Shown here in pieces: positions 26,062 to 38,844 of a DNA stretch of 64,000 nucleotides. The stretch comes from Callorhinchus milii (taxonomy: Eukaryota): the NCBI RefSeq assembly GCF_018977255.1, contig NW_024704742.1, forward strand, positions 110,422,001 through 110,486,000. Direction: 5' to 3'. Below the pieces are notes generated by a model. It ran no database searches. It was not told the origin of the DNA and was given only the letters and a program-made list of their open reading frames with translations. The first letter of the stretch is position 1, and the number at the start of each line of letters is the position of its first letter. Made by a program: the position numbers and the translations under genes.

Positions 26062-26596
26062 GTGTCAACCTGATTCAGTTGGTAGCACTCTCACCTCTGA
26101 GTCAGAAGGTTATGGGTTCAAGCCCCACATTGGAAGTTTGAACTCACAGTCTAGACACTCCAATACAATGCTGGGTGTGTGCTACATTGTTGGAGGTGCT
26201 GTCCAGATGAAACGTTAAACCGAGCTCCTTGTGGTGAAACACAGCAAACCCTCACTCTGAGAGGTCTAATCTGCATTACGACCAAGCTTCCGTGGACCCA
26301 CTGTTCAGATGGCTGTCAAAGATCCGATGGCTGTTCAGATGGCCGTCAAAGATCCCAGGACACTACTTGAAAAGAGAAGGGAGATTTTCCTGGTGCTCTG
26401 GCCAACAATCCCTCCAAAAAAATTGGTTACTCACTTCATAGCTATTTGTGGGACATTGATTTGTGCAAAAACACTGCTATATTTGTCTACAAAATACACA
26501 GTCACTACGCTTCATAATAAAACTTGTGAAGTGCTTTGAGATATCTCAGTGACAGGTGTGGTAGGGAGCTATATCAAATGCAAGGATTATTATTAT
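26062..26596 (+). mobile_element. Deu-domain SINE (SacSINE1/AmnSINE-like)
   Basis: TCAGTTGGTAGCACTCTCACCTCTGAGTCAGAAGGTTATGGGTTCAAGCCCCAC head; GATGAAACGTTAAACCGAG...AAAGATCCCAGGACACTA Deu core; L2-type tail. Confidence 0.85.
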
Positions 26597-28063
26597 GCAC
26601 AAGCTACTTAATTTGGCTATTTTAGGCATTTGGGATGAGATGCTGGTGTAAATGTCAATTTCACAGTTACCAAGATACATTCTCATATCTCAGTAGATCA
26701 AAGGTGAAACCTACAAAGCTGAAATTAAGCATGTTACCCCATTGATGCTCTAAAACCTATATGGTTCAGAAAACATTGATGAAATTCGATTAAATATTTA
26801 ACCAAATGTAGTTTGAATTAATTTTAAAAAAGAACAGAACAAAATATTCTTTTGTGTAACGCAGACTCTATGCCTGCTGCAAGAAAAGAAACAAGAACAA
26901 GAAAAGGCCATTTGCCAATCAAACAGTTCCCTAACTGATCAGAATGTAGGAATGATATAGGAACTCATGATTAACTTCCTCCCCTTCCTATTGGATCCTT
27001 AACTTCAAGGACCTAATACTTTCTTCTTAACCATTATGATAATAAAACAGAGCAGTTAATATCCCCAAAGTCCTCAATCCTCTTTCTCAACAGATACTTA
27101 GCTGCCTAATTCCACCTATTAATCTGCAGGTATTTGTCCTTCACTGTACCCTCTCCAATGCCAACATACCTTGTGAGTGTGAACAGAATTGTAAATAGTA
27201 CTTCAGTTGAGGTCAGATCATGTCCTGTACATGTTTAGTGTCACTTCCTGTGACTTATGAGGCTGAGGCTGTAACCCTTCAGCTGTACACCCCATGGTCT
27301 TGTTCAGTCTTCTTCCTGCTGTTGCACACTGTGCCGGTGATTTCAGCAATCCATCCACTAATCCCCCCAAAGGTTGCTCATGTCATTGCCTATTAATCCA
27401 CATTGTGCTTTTGTATCTGACACTGAATCAGGTAGGTTTCTTTGTAGATTCTAAGTATAACCACAACATGTCACGCATAGAATAGAGGGCAATCCTATTT
27501 TGGAGGATTTAAAAAAAGACACAGGGTTATATAAAACAACAGCAACTGTCCCGCATCTGGGTTGTCAGGTCACCATTGATGTCACTTCCTGTGCATGGTG
27601 TGGTGTAATCTATGGTGATGTCAGTGATACTTCTTGCACTTAGGTGTTTTCTGCAGAAAGTAATATCAAGGGCAACTTGACAGCCAGGAAAGTGGTCATT
27701 TTTTTTATTGTGGGTACCTAGCCAATCAGTGCCGGAGACGATGGGTGCACTGTGCTACTGGTATAGCAGTCCACAGTAGACTATAAGCAAGCCTCAATCT
27801 GGGGACACTCTAATGGGGCTGCTGTATTGAATTACAAGTTTGATGATGTCGTTATTTGTTCCACTCATAAAACAGAACTGTAAATTATGTCTGTGAGTTT
27901 CATAATTTCCTTTTCTGGTGGAACAATTTCATACTCAAAAGAATTCATAAGCAGTATTTAGCTCACAAAAAAGACTTTTCAACTCAACACTTACGCCTAA
28001 GGGTTCTGAAGGTTTTAGGATACGTACCTGCTACAGCTTTAAGTGGTACATATTTCAACATAC

Positions 28064-28163
28064 TCTATTAGTTATTGTATATAAAGGTATGCTCCTTGGA
28101 GGCTCTATTGGCAGAGTTCCAGCTAACCGCAGTTCGAACACGCTCACTGTTTTAGTCATAGGT
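28064..28163 (-). CDS. Candidate exon (x)PMTKTVSVFELRLAGTLPIEPPRSIPLYTITNR
   Basis: Acceptor cttacacccttcag, donor AGA|gtatgt; 100 nt; only one open frame (phase 2 in, 0 out); CpGs retained. Confidence 0.5.
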
Positions 28164-28274
28164 CTGAAGGGTGTAAGTTGTGTCTTTTCTCTCTCATGTT
28201 AAAAATCTAAATAACCATAGATTTATGAATTAACAAAGTGAGAGCATGTTTTATCTCTCATGTTGTAGTGAGTC

Positions 28275-29365
28275 ACCACCACCAACAACACGATTACATT
28301 TGCATGGCACCTTTCACGTTGGGAAGATGTCCCAAGGCGCTGGACAGTGTACAGAATTTCAGACACGAACTGGGGTCAGGGGGGGAGAAGGGAGGGAAGG
28401 GGAAGGGGGATGGCCGATGGCATGGTCGAAGAGAAGGGTCTTGAGGTGGGACTTGAAGGAGGCTAAGGAGGGGGTGAACTGGAATGATTGGGGGATGGAA
28501 TTCCAGAGGTTGGGGACAGAGTGGCTGAAGGCTCTCCTGCCAATGGTGGGGCGGGTGGGTCGGGTAGCACAAATATGACAGAGGGAGTGTTTGAAAATCC
28601 CAGAGAATACTGTTAGAAACAACTCCTTAGGATAAATGGTAATATTAGTGCCAATATCTGCATGAATTCTGAACATGCGTGAGCAGGCCACACACATTAA
28701 ATTGACTAAAACAGTGAACAAGACTGAGGGTGGAGCAGGCCGGAGCCGGCTGAGCAGAGGGAGCAGGCGGGATGGTAGGGGTTAGGAGGTCACAGAGGTA
28801 GGGTGGGGCGAGTCCATGGAGGGCTTTGTAGGTGAGGACCAGGATCTTGAACTGGATCCTCTGAAGGAAAGGGAGCCAATGGAGTCGGGCGAGAATGGGG
28901 GAGATGGGGTCACAGAGTTTGGTGCAGGAGAGGACATGGGCTGCAGAGTTCTGGGTTATCTGCTGTCTGTGGAGGGAGGAGTTGGGAAGGCCGACAAGCA
29001 GAGCGTTTGCATAGTCGAGCCTGGAGGTGATGAAGGCATGAACAAGAGTTTCAGCGGCCTGAGGGGTGAGGTAGTGGCGGAGTCGGGCGATGTTATGGAG
29101 GTGAGGGAAGGCAGAGCGGGTCATGGCTTGGATGTAGGGAAGAAAAGACAGTTGAGGGTCGAACAAGACACCGAGGTTCCTGACTGACTTGGTGAGTTGA
29201 AGTGTGAAACCATGGAGGTTGATGCTGCCAGAGCCTGAGGTGCTGAGGCGCTGGCGTGAGCCAATCAGGAGGGCCTCAGTCTTGTTCACATTCAACTGTA
29301 GGAAATTTCCCCTCATCCAGGACTTGATGTCTGACAGGCAGTCTGTCAGGACAGCAGTGGTCATT
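28275..29365 (-). mobile_element. L2 LINE 3' portion (RT C-terminal half), interrupted by an insertion at about 28563-28722
   Basis: ORF 28645-29364 gives CLSDIKSWMRGNFLQLNVNKTE...VRNLGVLFD...SRLDYAN...LHWLP; the 3' end continues in ORF 28359-28721 (IGRRAFSHSVPNLWNSIP). Confidence 0.92.
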
Positions 29366-29541
29366 ATTATAAAAGGAATGCTGCTTCAGGCATTATCTAC
29401 AGGTAGCCCAAATATGACAGAGTAAGTGTTTGAGAATCCTAGAGAATACTGACAGAAATAACTCCTTAGGATAAATGGTAATATTAGTGCCAATATCTGC
29501 ATGAATTCTGAACATACGTGAGCAGGCCACACACATTAAAT
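28563..29541 (+). repeat. 140 bp direct repeat (28563-28702 and 29402-29541)
   Basis: GGTAGC(A/C)CAAATATGACAGAG...GAGCAGGCCACACACATTAAAT present twice at offset 839 with few substitutions. Confidence 0.95.
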
Positions 29542-29609
29542 AGAATAAAGTATATTCTCAAAGCAGAATGTACTTCTATACAGTAATGAATAAAATAAAT
29601 AATACAATT

Positions 29610-30028
29610 ACACCGATGTTCTCTCCCGTACCAAGCTCTGTGAAATGATTATCCCCGTTGTTGCCCAGCTCCACTGGCTCCCCATCCCTCACGTTTAAAA
29701 TACTCATCCTCACTTTTAAAGCCCTCCACGACTTTCTTCTGACCTCTGTGACCTATTAACCCGGACCAACCTGTTCACTCCCTCCGCTCGGCAGGCACTG
29801 GCCACTCCATGTTCCCCGCACTGCCTGCCCCATCATTAGTGCTCGGGCCTTCAGCTTTTCTACCTGCACTCTCTGAAAATCCATCTTGGAATCCCTCTGC
29901 CTCATCCCCTCCCTTGCCTCCTTCAAGGCCTGTCTCAAGACGTTCCTCTTTGACTGTGCTTTAACTGTCCAGTGCCTTGGGACATCCTTCCAACATGACA
30001 GGTGCTATATACATGTAATTTTTTGTTA
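29610..30028 (+). mobile_element. L2 3' end, degraded
   Basis: LHWLPIP, FKACLKTFLFD and the L2 tail. Confidence 0.8.
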
Positions 30029-30734
30029 CACACCATGGTTTTCAAAGCATGGACAAAGTTATCTGAAATCTGAGGTTTGGCTCCTTGAAATTTTGACAAT
30101 GAGGGTATAGTGGGTCTTAGAGGATGCTGCACCTTTTTATTCACTTTTCTTGGATTCTGGAGATCTGTTAGACTTCAACACATTCACACTTAGCTCGGTA
30201 AAATTACCAATGGTGAATTAATCTTTAAATTGATGATGTTGAACCCATGCTAGAGGGGATTCCATATATTCTGTGGCAGGAATGGTCTTGACAGGTCTAA
30301 AGGCTTTTTTGTCATTCCATGCATTTTGATGTTTGGTGGAATGACAAAAATGTGACCTTGCAGTGATGAAGTGGCCATCTGAACTCCAGAGGTGTCGTGG
30401 GAGGAAGTATGTATGACCTCTTTGAAGTGCTGTCTTCATTTCATTATTGGTTCACCCACAGAACACACAGTCACTCCACTTCATAATATATCCTGTGAAG
30501 TTCTTTGGGATGTCCTCTTATACAAAATGCAAAGATTATTAATTATTATGATTATTATTATCATTGTTGTGTAATGAGGAAAAAGGCTACGAAGAAAATT
30601 GTGGTAAGAACATATTGGTTTGATCTTTGGCAAACTTTGTCATGTTGGGTTTATTCTCCAGTATGTTAAATTTTTCAACATTGGAATTTTTCACAGCTTG
30701 TATGCATGCTACCAAGATTGGTACATTTACAATG

Positions 30735-30905
30735 GAGTCCTGTAGCTCAGTGGTTAGAGCACTCGCTTTGCAAGTGAGAGACCTGAGTTCAATTCCAGGC
30801 GGGGGAAAAAACCTTGGGCAAGTTTCCTTACTCCACACGCCTAATAATAATCCCTCCAAACAAACAAAACAATAATAAATTGGTGATTTTCAGTCCACGA
30901 CTCTT
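30735..30905 (+). mobile_element. SINE 5' half (short-core subfamily)
   Basis: GAGTCCTGTAGCTCAGTGGTTAGAGCACTCGC head; stops at CAGTCCACGACT. Confidence 0.9.
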
Positions 30906-32548
30906 TTGAGCACCCCACCGCATCCCCACTCCTTATCTCTCAGCTCCATCTCCTTGCCCCACTTATCACAGACATCAACAACCTGTCCCTCTTCTCTGGC
31001 TCTGTTACCATTTCCCTGAAAACGGCCATCATCACTCCCAATTTGAAAAAACCCTCCCTTGATGCGTCGCAGCTATCAAGCTACCAGCCCATCTCCAACC
31101 TTCCCTTCCTGTCCAAGGTCCTTGAAAGAGTTGTCGCCTCCCAGCTGCACTCTTTCCTCTCCACCCATGCATTATTCGAACCCCTTCAGTCGGGTTTCCG
31201 TGCTGCCCATAGCACAGAATCCGCCCTGGTCAAGGTCACCAATGACATCTTGACCATCTGCGACCAGGGCTCCCTCTGCCTCCTCGTCCTCCTCGACCTA
31301 TCAGCAGCATTCGATACGGTCGACCACGCTATCCTCCTCCATCGCTTGTCCTCCCACCTCAACCTTCAAGGCCCTGTCCTTGAGTGGTTTAGGTCGTACC
31401 TCTCCCACCGTCTTCATTTTGTTTCCACAAACGGCTTTTCCTCCAGCCCCCGCACTGTGTCATGCGGTGTCCCTCAGGGCTGTGTCCTCGGTCCCCTCCT
31501 CTTCACCCTCTATATGTTCCCTCTTGATGTCATCATCCGCAGACATGGGGTTAACTTCCACATGTATGCGGATGACACCCAACTCTACCTTTCCTCCTCT
31601 ACCCTCAACTCCACGACCACCGATGACCTGACAGCCTATCTGTCTGACATTGAGTCCCGGATGAGAGACAACTTTCTTCAGCTCAACGTGCGTAAAACCG
31701 AGGCCCTCCTGATTGGCTCGCGTCAGCGCCTCCGCACCTCAGGCGCTGACAGCATCAGCATCCAAGGCTGCACTCTCCACCTCTCAAAGCCAGTCAGGAA
31801 CCTCGGCGTTCTGTTCGACCCTGAGACGTCCTTTCTTCCTCATATCTGCGCCACAACTGGCACAGCCTTCCATCACCTCCGAAACATTGCCAGACTACGG
31901 CACTACCTCACCCCTCACGCTGCTGAAACTCTGATCCACACCTTTATCACCTCAAGGCTGGACTATGGAACTCTCTCCTCGCCGGCCGTCCCGGCACCTC
32001 CCTCCACAAGCTGTAGGTCATTCAGAACTCTGCAGCTCGTGTACTGTCCCGCACCAGGCTTCGCGACCACATCACTCCCACCCTCAGTCACCTCCACTGG
32101 CTTCCCATCCCCCAGAGGATCGAATTCAAGATCCTCATCCTCACCTACAAGGCCATTCACGGCCTTGCTCCCTCCTACCTCTCTGACCTACTATCCCCCT
32201 ACCTACCTACCCGTACCCTCCATTCCTCTGGCTCCAGTCTGCTCCACATCCCCCGCCCCAACCGCCCTACCATCGGTGGCCGGGCCTTCAGCCTCTCAGC
32301 CCCCAGGCTCTGGAACTCCATCCCCCAGTGCCTTCGCCTTATTTCTTCCCTTTCCTCCTTCAAGGCCGGTCTCAAGATCTTTCTCTTTGACCGTGCCTTC
32401 AGCTCCCCTCTCGACTCTCTACCCCCTCCTCACTCCCTCCCTTCCCTCCCCCTGACCATTTCCCCCCTGTTCGGGTCCTGACCCAACTGTCCAGCGTCCT
32501 CCCGACGTGAAAGGCGCTCTATAAATGGAATCTTGTTTTTTTTGTTGT
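30905..32548 (+). mobile_element. 5'-truncated L2 LINE with a reverse transcriptase domain; non-functional (frameshift near 31967)
   Basis: ORF 31043-: [61 protein letters not shown]; the true C-terminus (LHWLP...LWNSIP) lies in another frame; no endonuclease domain. Confidence 0.95.
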
Positions 32549-32587
32549 TCAATAAATATAATTTGGTGTTGTGCATCTCTTTTCTCC

Positions 32588-32735
32588 ATTAATAATAATA
32601 ATCCTTGCATTTGATATAGCGCTTTTCACGTCTTCTAGACGTCCCAAAGCGCTTCACAGAATATACTGTAAAGTGAATTGACTGAATATTTGTGGGCGAA
32701 CGCGGCAGCCAATTGCACACAGCAATGTCCCACAG
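32588..32735 (-). mobile_element. SINE 3' half (short-core subfamily)
   Basis: Reverse complement of TGTGGGACATTGCTGTGTGCAATTGGCTGCCGCGTTCGCCCAC...GCAAGGATTATTATT. Confidence 0.9.
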
Positions 32736-32774
32736 CAATGTCCCAGCTTCAATTATTTCATCGACACAATACAA

Positions 32775-32893
32775 AACAATAAAATACAAATTTATGTAGC
32801 GCCTTTCATGTCGGGAGGACATCCCAAGGGATTTGACCATCCTAGTCTGGCACCCGAGTTAGGGGTGGGAGCCAAGGGGGTTGGGGAGGGGAA
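32775..32893 (-). mobile_element. L2 extreme 3' tail (probably continues at 34312-34415)
   Basis: GCGCCTTTCATGTCGGGAGGACATCCCAAGG is the reverse complement of the L2 tail. Confidence 0.75.
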
Positions 32894-34311
32894 ATTTGTT
32901 TCCGTCTCCAATTTGTCTCCACCAACAGTTTCTCTTCCAGCCCTGGCACAGTCTCCTGCAGTGTTCCTCAGGGCTCTGTCCTCGGTCCACTCTTCTTCAA
33001 CCTCTACATGCTCCTTCTTGGTGACATCAACCACAGACATGGGGTCAACTTCTACATGTACATGGATGACGCCCAACTCTATCTCTCTGCCTCCACCCTC
33101 GATTCCAGGACAACTGTCGTCCTGATAGACTATCTGTCAGACATCAAGTCCTGAATGAGAGCCAACTTTCTACAAACTGAATGTCAGCAAGACTGAGGCC
33201 CTCCTGATTGGCTCGGGCCAGCGCCTCCACACCTCAGGCACTGGCAGCATCAGCATCCATGGATGCACACTCAACCTTACCAAGCCAGTCAAGAACCTGG
33301 GCATTATGTTCGACCCTCAACTGTCCTTTCTCCCCCATATCCGTCCCATGACACATTCTGCCTTCCCCCACCTCCGCAACATAATAATAATAATAATCCT
33401 TGCATTTTGATATAATGCTTTTCACATCTTCTAGATGTTTCAAAGCGCTTCACAGAATATACTGTAAAGTGAATTGACTGTATATTTGTGGGTGAAACGT
33501 GGCATCCAATTGCGCACAGCAGTGTTCCACAAACAGTTGAAGTGACCAATTTATTATTGTTTTTTTTGATAGATTATTGTCAGGAAACTTGCCCAAGGTT
33601 TTGCCCTGCCGGGAATCGAACGCAGGTCTCTCGTTTGCGAGGTGAGTGCTCTAACCACTGAGGTACAGGACTCCTATTACCCAACTCCGCCACTAACTCA
33701 CCCCTCAAGCCGCCAAAACCCTCATGCATGCATTTGTCACCTCGAGGCTCAACTACGGAAACCCCCTCCTTGTTGGTCTCCACAACTCTTTCCTCCATAA
33801 GCTGCAGGTCATCCAGAACTCTGCAACTTGTATCTTCTCCCTCACCAGGCTCCATGAACCCATCGCCCCAACCTTCGCCCGACTCCACTGGCTCCCCATC
33901 TCACAGAGGATGGAATTCAAAACCCTCGTCCATGGCCTTGCTCCCTCTTGAATCTCTGACCTACTGACCTCCTATCAACCTGTCCACTCCAGGTCTCCCA
34001 CCTGACCCACCCTACCATTGGTGGCCGGTCTTTCAGCATCTCTGTCGCCACCCTCTGGAACTCCATCCCACAATCCCTTCACCTTGCTCCTTCCCTTGCC
34101 TTCTTCAAGGCACGAATCAAGACCATCCTTTTCAACCGTGCCTTCAGCTGCCCTCCTACCTCTCTATCCTTCCTCACCCCAACCCTGCCCCCCCCATGCT
34201 CGGGTCCTGATCCCCGACTGTTCAGCACCTTGGGACATTCTCCGACCTGGACAGGTTGACAGGGGGTCAGCAAGTCAGGCGCTTTACAAATGTAATTTTG
34301 TTGTTGTTGTT
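32894..34311 (+). mobile_element. Degraded L2 (RT to tail) with a SINE inserted
   Basis: [35 protein letters not shown] in broken frames; (TTG)n tail near 34300. Confidence 0.9.
33381..33672 (-). mobile_element. SINE with internal deletion, nested in L2
   Basis: Head at 33672-33585, tail to 33381; L2 sequence resumes on both sides. Confidence 0.9.
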
Positions 34312-35014
34312 GAAGTCACCGTCAAAGAAAAAGGTCTTGAGCTGGAATTTGAAAGAGGTCAGAGAGGGGATGAGTCAGAGAGTCTCTGGAATAGAGTTCC
34401 AGAGGGTGGGGCAAATATTACAGACAGCTTTGTATTATTTTTGTTGGATATTTATTTTGTGAACCAATCTTCAGGTGATTGGTGAAAATCATGCTCACCG
34501 TGGCTCATAAAATATTACTTGATAATTGAAGTAGGGGTGTTTGTTGGGTCTGAATCTGGCCAGTTCACTTTCCTAACTTATAATTATCACTACAAATAGG
34601 CAGTATTCATTAAAGCTTACTTAACACAGGCATTTAGTTAAGGAATATGTTAAGGAGCATTGCAAATTTTCCCCCTTTGTCCCTGGGATCACTCTGGCCT
34701 ATTGTACATTTTGTACTGATCTGTGAAGCCACTTAAAGATTTACCAAATGGTTTTTCAATTTGTTGCAATCAGTTGCTTGATTTTTTGAAGGGTAATCTT
34801 TGCATTCAAAGTTTGTACATGTGACAGTTCTGAAATGCATCAGTTCCTGTGGCTGTATACTGTGGGTAACCACTTCTCCAGAAGGCAGATCATTCCTGGA
34901 ATAACTGTAAATTGATTCTCACCACTTATTTACTGAGGAATGTGCAAGTAGGGATACAGAGGGAAAGACAGAGAAGAAGAGAAAGGAGACAATAAACCTT
35001 AGGAAGATTCAGTG

Positions 35015-35255
35015 TGTCAGCCTGGTTCAGTGGGTATCCTTCTTGCCTTTGAGTCAATACATTTTGGGTTCAAGCCTCATGTTGGGATTTGAGGACACAT
35101 TATTTAGGCTGACACTGCAAAGCAGTCCTGGGGAGCACTGCATTATTGGAGGATGAAATATTAAACCGTGGTCCCATCTACCTGTTCAGGTGGACATGAA
35201 ATACCCTGTGGCATTATTTGAAGAGGAATTTCTCCTGGTAGGCTCTGGGCTGACA
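35015..35255 (+). mobile_element. Deu-domain SINE, 5' part
   Basis: GCCTTTGAGTCA...GGGTTCAAGCC...AGGCTGACACT...TTAAACCG...GTTCAGGTGGACATGAAATACCC. Confidence 0.75.
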
Positions 35256-35989
35256 TCTGAGCTACGCTCCAGACTGTTATGCTCCATTCTCTAAGATTAG
35301 TGATTTTGTTCATTGGGTACTTGTAAATAACTAAGATTTTTTTAAAATTTTAAATGTAATTTTACATTTGTAGTGTATATTTATGTATAATTTGAAATGT
35401 CATTGTAGTGACATATAACCCCAAGGAAACAAATTTGACAATCTTAGTAAATGTAGCAGAATAGCCCAGTGCGATCTATTAAAGCATCATGTATTGCTAA
35501 ATATAAATGCAAAACTTTTAATATGGTCTTTTCTAAGAGCATGACCTATATGAAATTTTAATAATGTACAGCATATTTTAAAGACTCCCTGAATAAAAGA
35601 CCTTTTCAAGGAATTAAGGATACAGCAGTATCCAACCTGCCTGACTTAATTATCCCTCTAAATGTATGTCTGCATTGTAGAGACAAAAATAACTGTATGG
35701 ACCTTTAATTTAACTCTTTCATTGTATGCATTCAACTTTGGGATTCACTAGTTTTACTTGTAGTCAGACCAGGGAAACATTACTTTTAATAATATCAAAA
35801 CTAGTATGGGAAAAATGGCTCATGTAGTAGCATTCCTAACAGCAAGTTGTTGTTGTTCATTGCTCATTGTCAACCTTTTTAATTCATCATATTGCATTCT
35901 TCTGGTTACTTCAACATCAAAACTTTGGGCAGCATTCCCTATAAGCTTTCCCCATACTTTACAGTAAAATCCTTTGGTGTCCTTTGAAT

Positions 35990-36275
35990 TAAACATTAAG
36001 CCAAGGTCTTGTCTGTCTGTTCAGGTGGATATTGAAGATCCCATGGCACTATTCGAAAAGAGAAAGGAGTTTCTCCTGGTGTTCTGGCCAACAATCCTGA
36101 ACAAAATTGCTCATTAATTTCTTGGCAGTTTGTGGGATATGGCTGTGCACAAATTGACTGCTGTGTTCGCCTACAAAATACAAAGTCATACAAAAAGATC
36201 CTGCAAAGCATTTTAGAATGTTTTCCTGGAGTAAAAGGGAGCTATAGCAAATCCAAGCTTTATTATTATTATTTA
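35990..36275 (+). mobile_element. Deu-domain SINE, 3' part
   Basis: TCAGGTGGATATTGAAGATCCCATGGCACTATTCGAA...GTTTGTGGGATATGGCTGTGCACAAATTG. Confidence 0.8.
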
Positions 36276-37980
36276 TTAGTACTATATGTACTATAACAGA
36301 GCTCTTGGTTAGAATGTTAGAGACTTTAAAATGAACACTTGAATTTACAAAGGGCATCACCAAGTGATTCAAGCCATGCATTGCTGAGTTATCACATCTT
36401 TAACATGTCAGGCTGCATTGTAAAACCTACTCTTAACTTTTACTTTTCTTACAATAGTGCAATGGATCTCCTTACATCACACAAGCAATTAAATAATGGT
36501 CATTATAATGTTTCAACAAGTATTCTTATTGTCAGCTATGTGAAAGTGCGCTACAATTCAGAGTACAACAATAGAACTGCTGAAGCTTATGGCATATAAC
36601 AATTAAATTGGTTTTATCATGAGATGAAATGGAAAAGGTAACCCAATTTTTCAGATATAAATCATCCGTAACCACCTTGTCCCAAAGGGTTAGTAACACT
36701 GATTGCAACATTTGTCAGGTGATGCCCTTTTGACCAATGTGGAGAAAGGGCACAGCAAAAAACAGAACAGAAATACTAATAAGCAGTATTGGAGAAAAAA
36801 AGGAATATTTCACACAGATTTTAAACACAAGATTTATAGGTAAATGTCCAAAGCTGGTAAAGTAAAAAAAATAGGCAAAATACCACTTGTGTCCAGTTTA
36901 AGCAGTAGATAATCTGTATCTAGTGATCAGACTCAAATAATTACACTTGCATTCACCTTGAATGAATGCATATGTCAAAGATATGAAATTACAAGTCTGA
37001 CGCATTCACTATGATGTACTGTGGAACAAGCAGGGATTCAGGTCATGCTGTTTAATGGCTTGAATTAAAGTAGCAGATGGGAGTTTTTATTCTGAACTAT
37101 CACCAGAGTGTATTCATCTTCTCTATTCAGATGGTGCATTTTAAATCAAAACTCAGTAAATCTAGAAGAAATGTAGATATACAGCTGTGGTGTAAATGAG
37201 GCCCATGATAAATGATACCTCTTGTAGTAAAGTCTTTACCACTGTTAGTTAAACAGCGCATTAAATTAGTCTTAGCTGAAAAGATGAGTCACGATGTATG
37301 CTCCTCAACTTGGAATATACTCTACATTACCTCACAATCAATAAAATGCACCAGAGAGAGGGAAAAAAACAGCTTGGGACATTATACATGTAAACTTATG
37401 TACAACATTTTGTACTCAAGGAACCACATTTATTATTTGCAAAATGCTAGATTATATGGAGCTTACATAGGTTTCCTCAGTATTGTGCGATTTTCATTGG
37501 AAAAGAATCTGNTTTTTTTCAATTGTTTTAACTTGCTACTTAAGTATCTGTAAAATGGTACGTGGACGTGTGCAGCAGATTTTTTAGAAACTTTGCTATC
37601 AAAACAGGATAGGACAACAAACAAACAAACAAACAAAATTACATTTGTATAGCATCTTTCATGTTGGGAGGATGTCCCAAGGATGACTGACTGAATAGAA
37701 AATTCAAGCATACTCTCATCAAACTGATTTGGTTTTGTTTTAAATTTATGAATCTCTTGTGTCAAACCCCCAGAGATGTCTGGCAATACACGGCTAACTG
37801 TAAAAGGACCATTATTAAAATATGTCTTACTACCATGAAAAGTTTCAGTAACAGGAAATTATTGCAAACCAGATGGAGCAAAACAAGCATAAAGCATTTC
37901 AAGTGCTTGAACTGTTTGGTGGAGTATCATTTATCTTGATAATTGTAAGCTTTGCATTCGATGTGAAGCTTGTTGCATAC

Positions 37981-38023
37981 AAATGTGTAGCTGCCATATA
38001 ATGCAAGATAATCTATATTGGCA
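37981..38023 (-). CDS. Weak exon candidate (ANIDYLALYGSYTF or CQYRLSCIIWQLHI)
   Basis: Acceptor cctatttttag, donor gtatgc; frame unresolved. Confidence 0.2.
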
Positions 38024-38844
38024 CTAAAAATAGGGCTTGTAATTATAAAGCAAAGACACATCACTAAAGGTGGTGGAGCGGGAAAAGAGCCCGGATGTGA
38101 TACTTGACCTAACATTGAAGTTTGTCACATTGCATGATGGCAGTTGTCAAACAATGCCGGTCATGCAGTATGCATGTTCAAAGAAGTGTGACTGCCTTTC
38201 TGCAAAACACTAATGAGACTACATTGGAGCATTGTATTCAGTTTTGGTCACAATATCTGAATGCAGCATTGGGAAAGGTTTAAAGAAGGGGATCAAGGAT
38301 ACCTGTGGCTCTCAGACACCTAGTTATCTGGATTGATTTAGAGGTGTTAACTTGCTGTTACTTAAATAAAAAAATCTGGTTGATAGCTTGAAAGGGGAAA
38401 TGAACCAGGCTTCACACTTTATCCAGAGACTCCCCACCAACCCCCCCCCCCCCCCCCAACCACCACACACACACACACAATACTGACACACATATGTGCA
38501 GACATTGCCCAAGGACAGGATTTGGATGAACTTTGGATTCTTCCCATGGCCGAATACCTTAGCCACACTCATTAACTATCCAGGTTCATACATGAAGAAT
38601 GGCCACTTGAATAGGGAGGGCAGCTGATGCCAGTTTAACTATCTCCACAATGTCATAGACTTCGGGATAAAATAAGAAATGGGGGTGGTGGGGGGCAGGG
38701 GGATACAAATAATGTCTTTATGTGAAACCAAGATACAAATATAACAAATATAAACAAAGTCTTGACTGCGTTTACGGCCATCTTTCCCTCCCTAACCCCT
38801 TCAGCTCCCACCCCCGGCTCGAGTGCCTGACCACCACCACGACA

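Noticed and set aside
31043-32455. 470-aa ORF as a host gene or intact element
   Set aside because: 5'-truncated L2 RT with no endonuclease; the last third (Pro/Ser-rich) is an out-of-frame reading after a frameshift
37512-37512. Ambiguous base N (also 50853)
   Set aside because: Sequencing ambiguity next to poly-T runs; not biological
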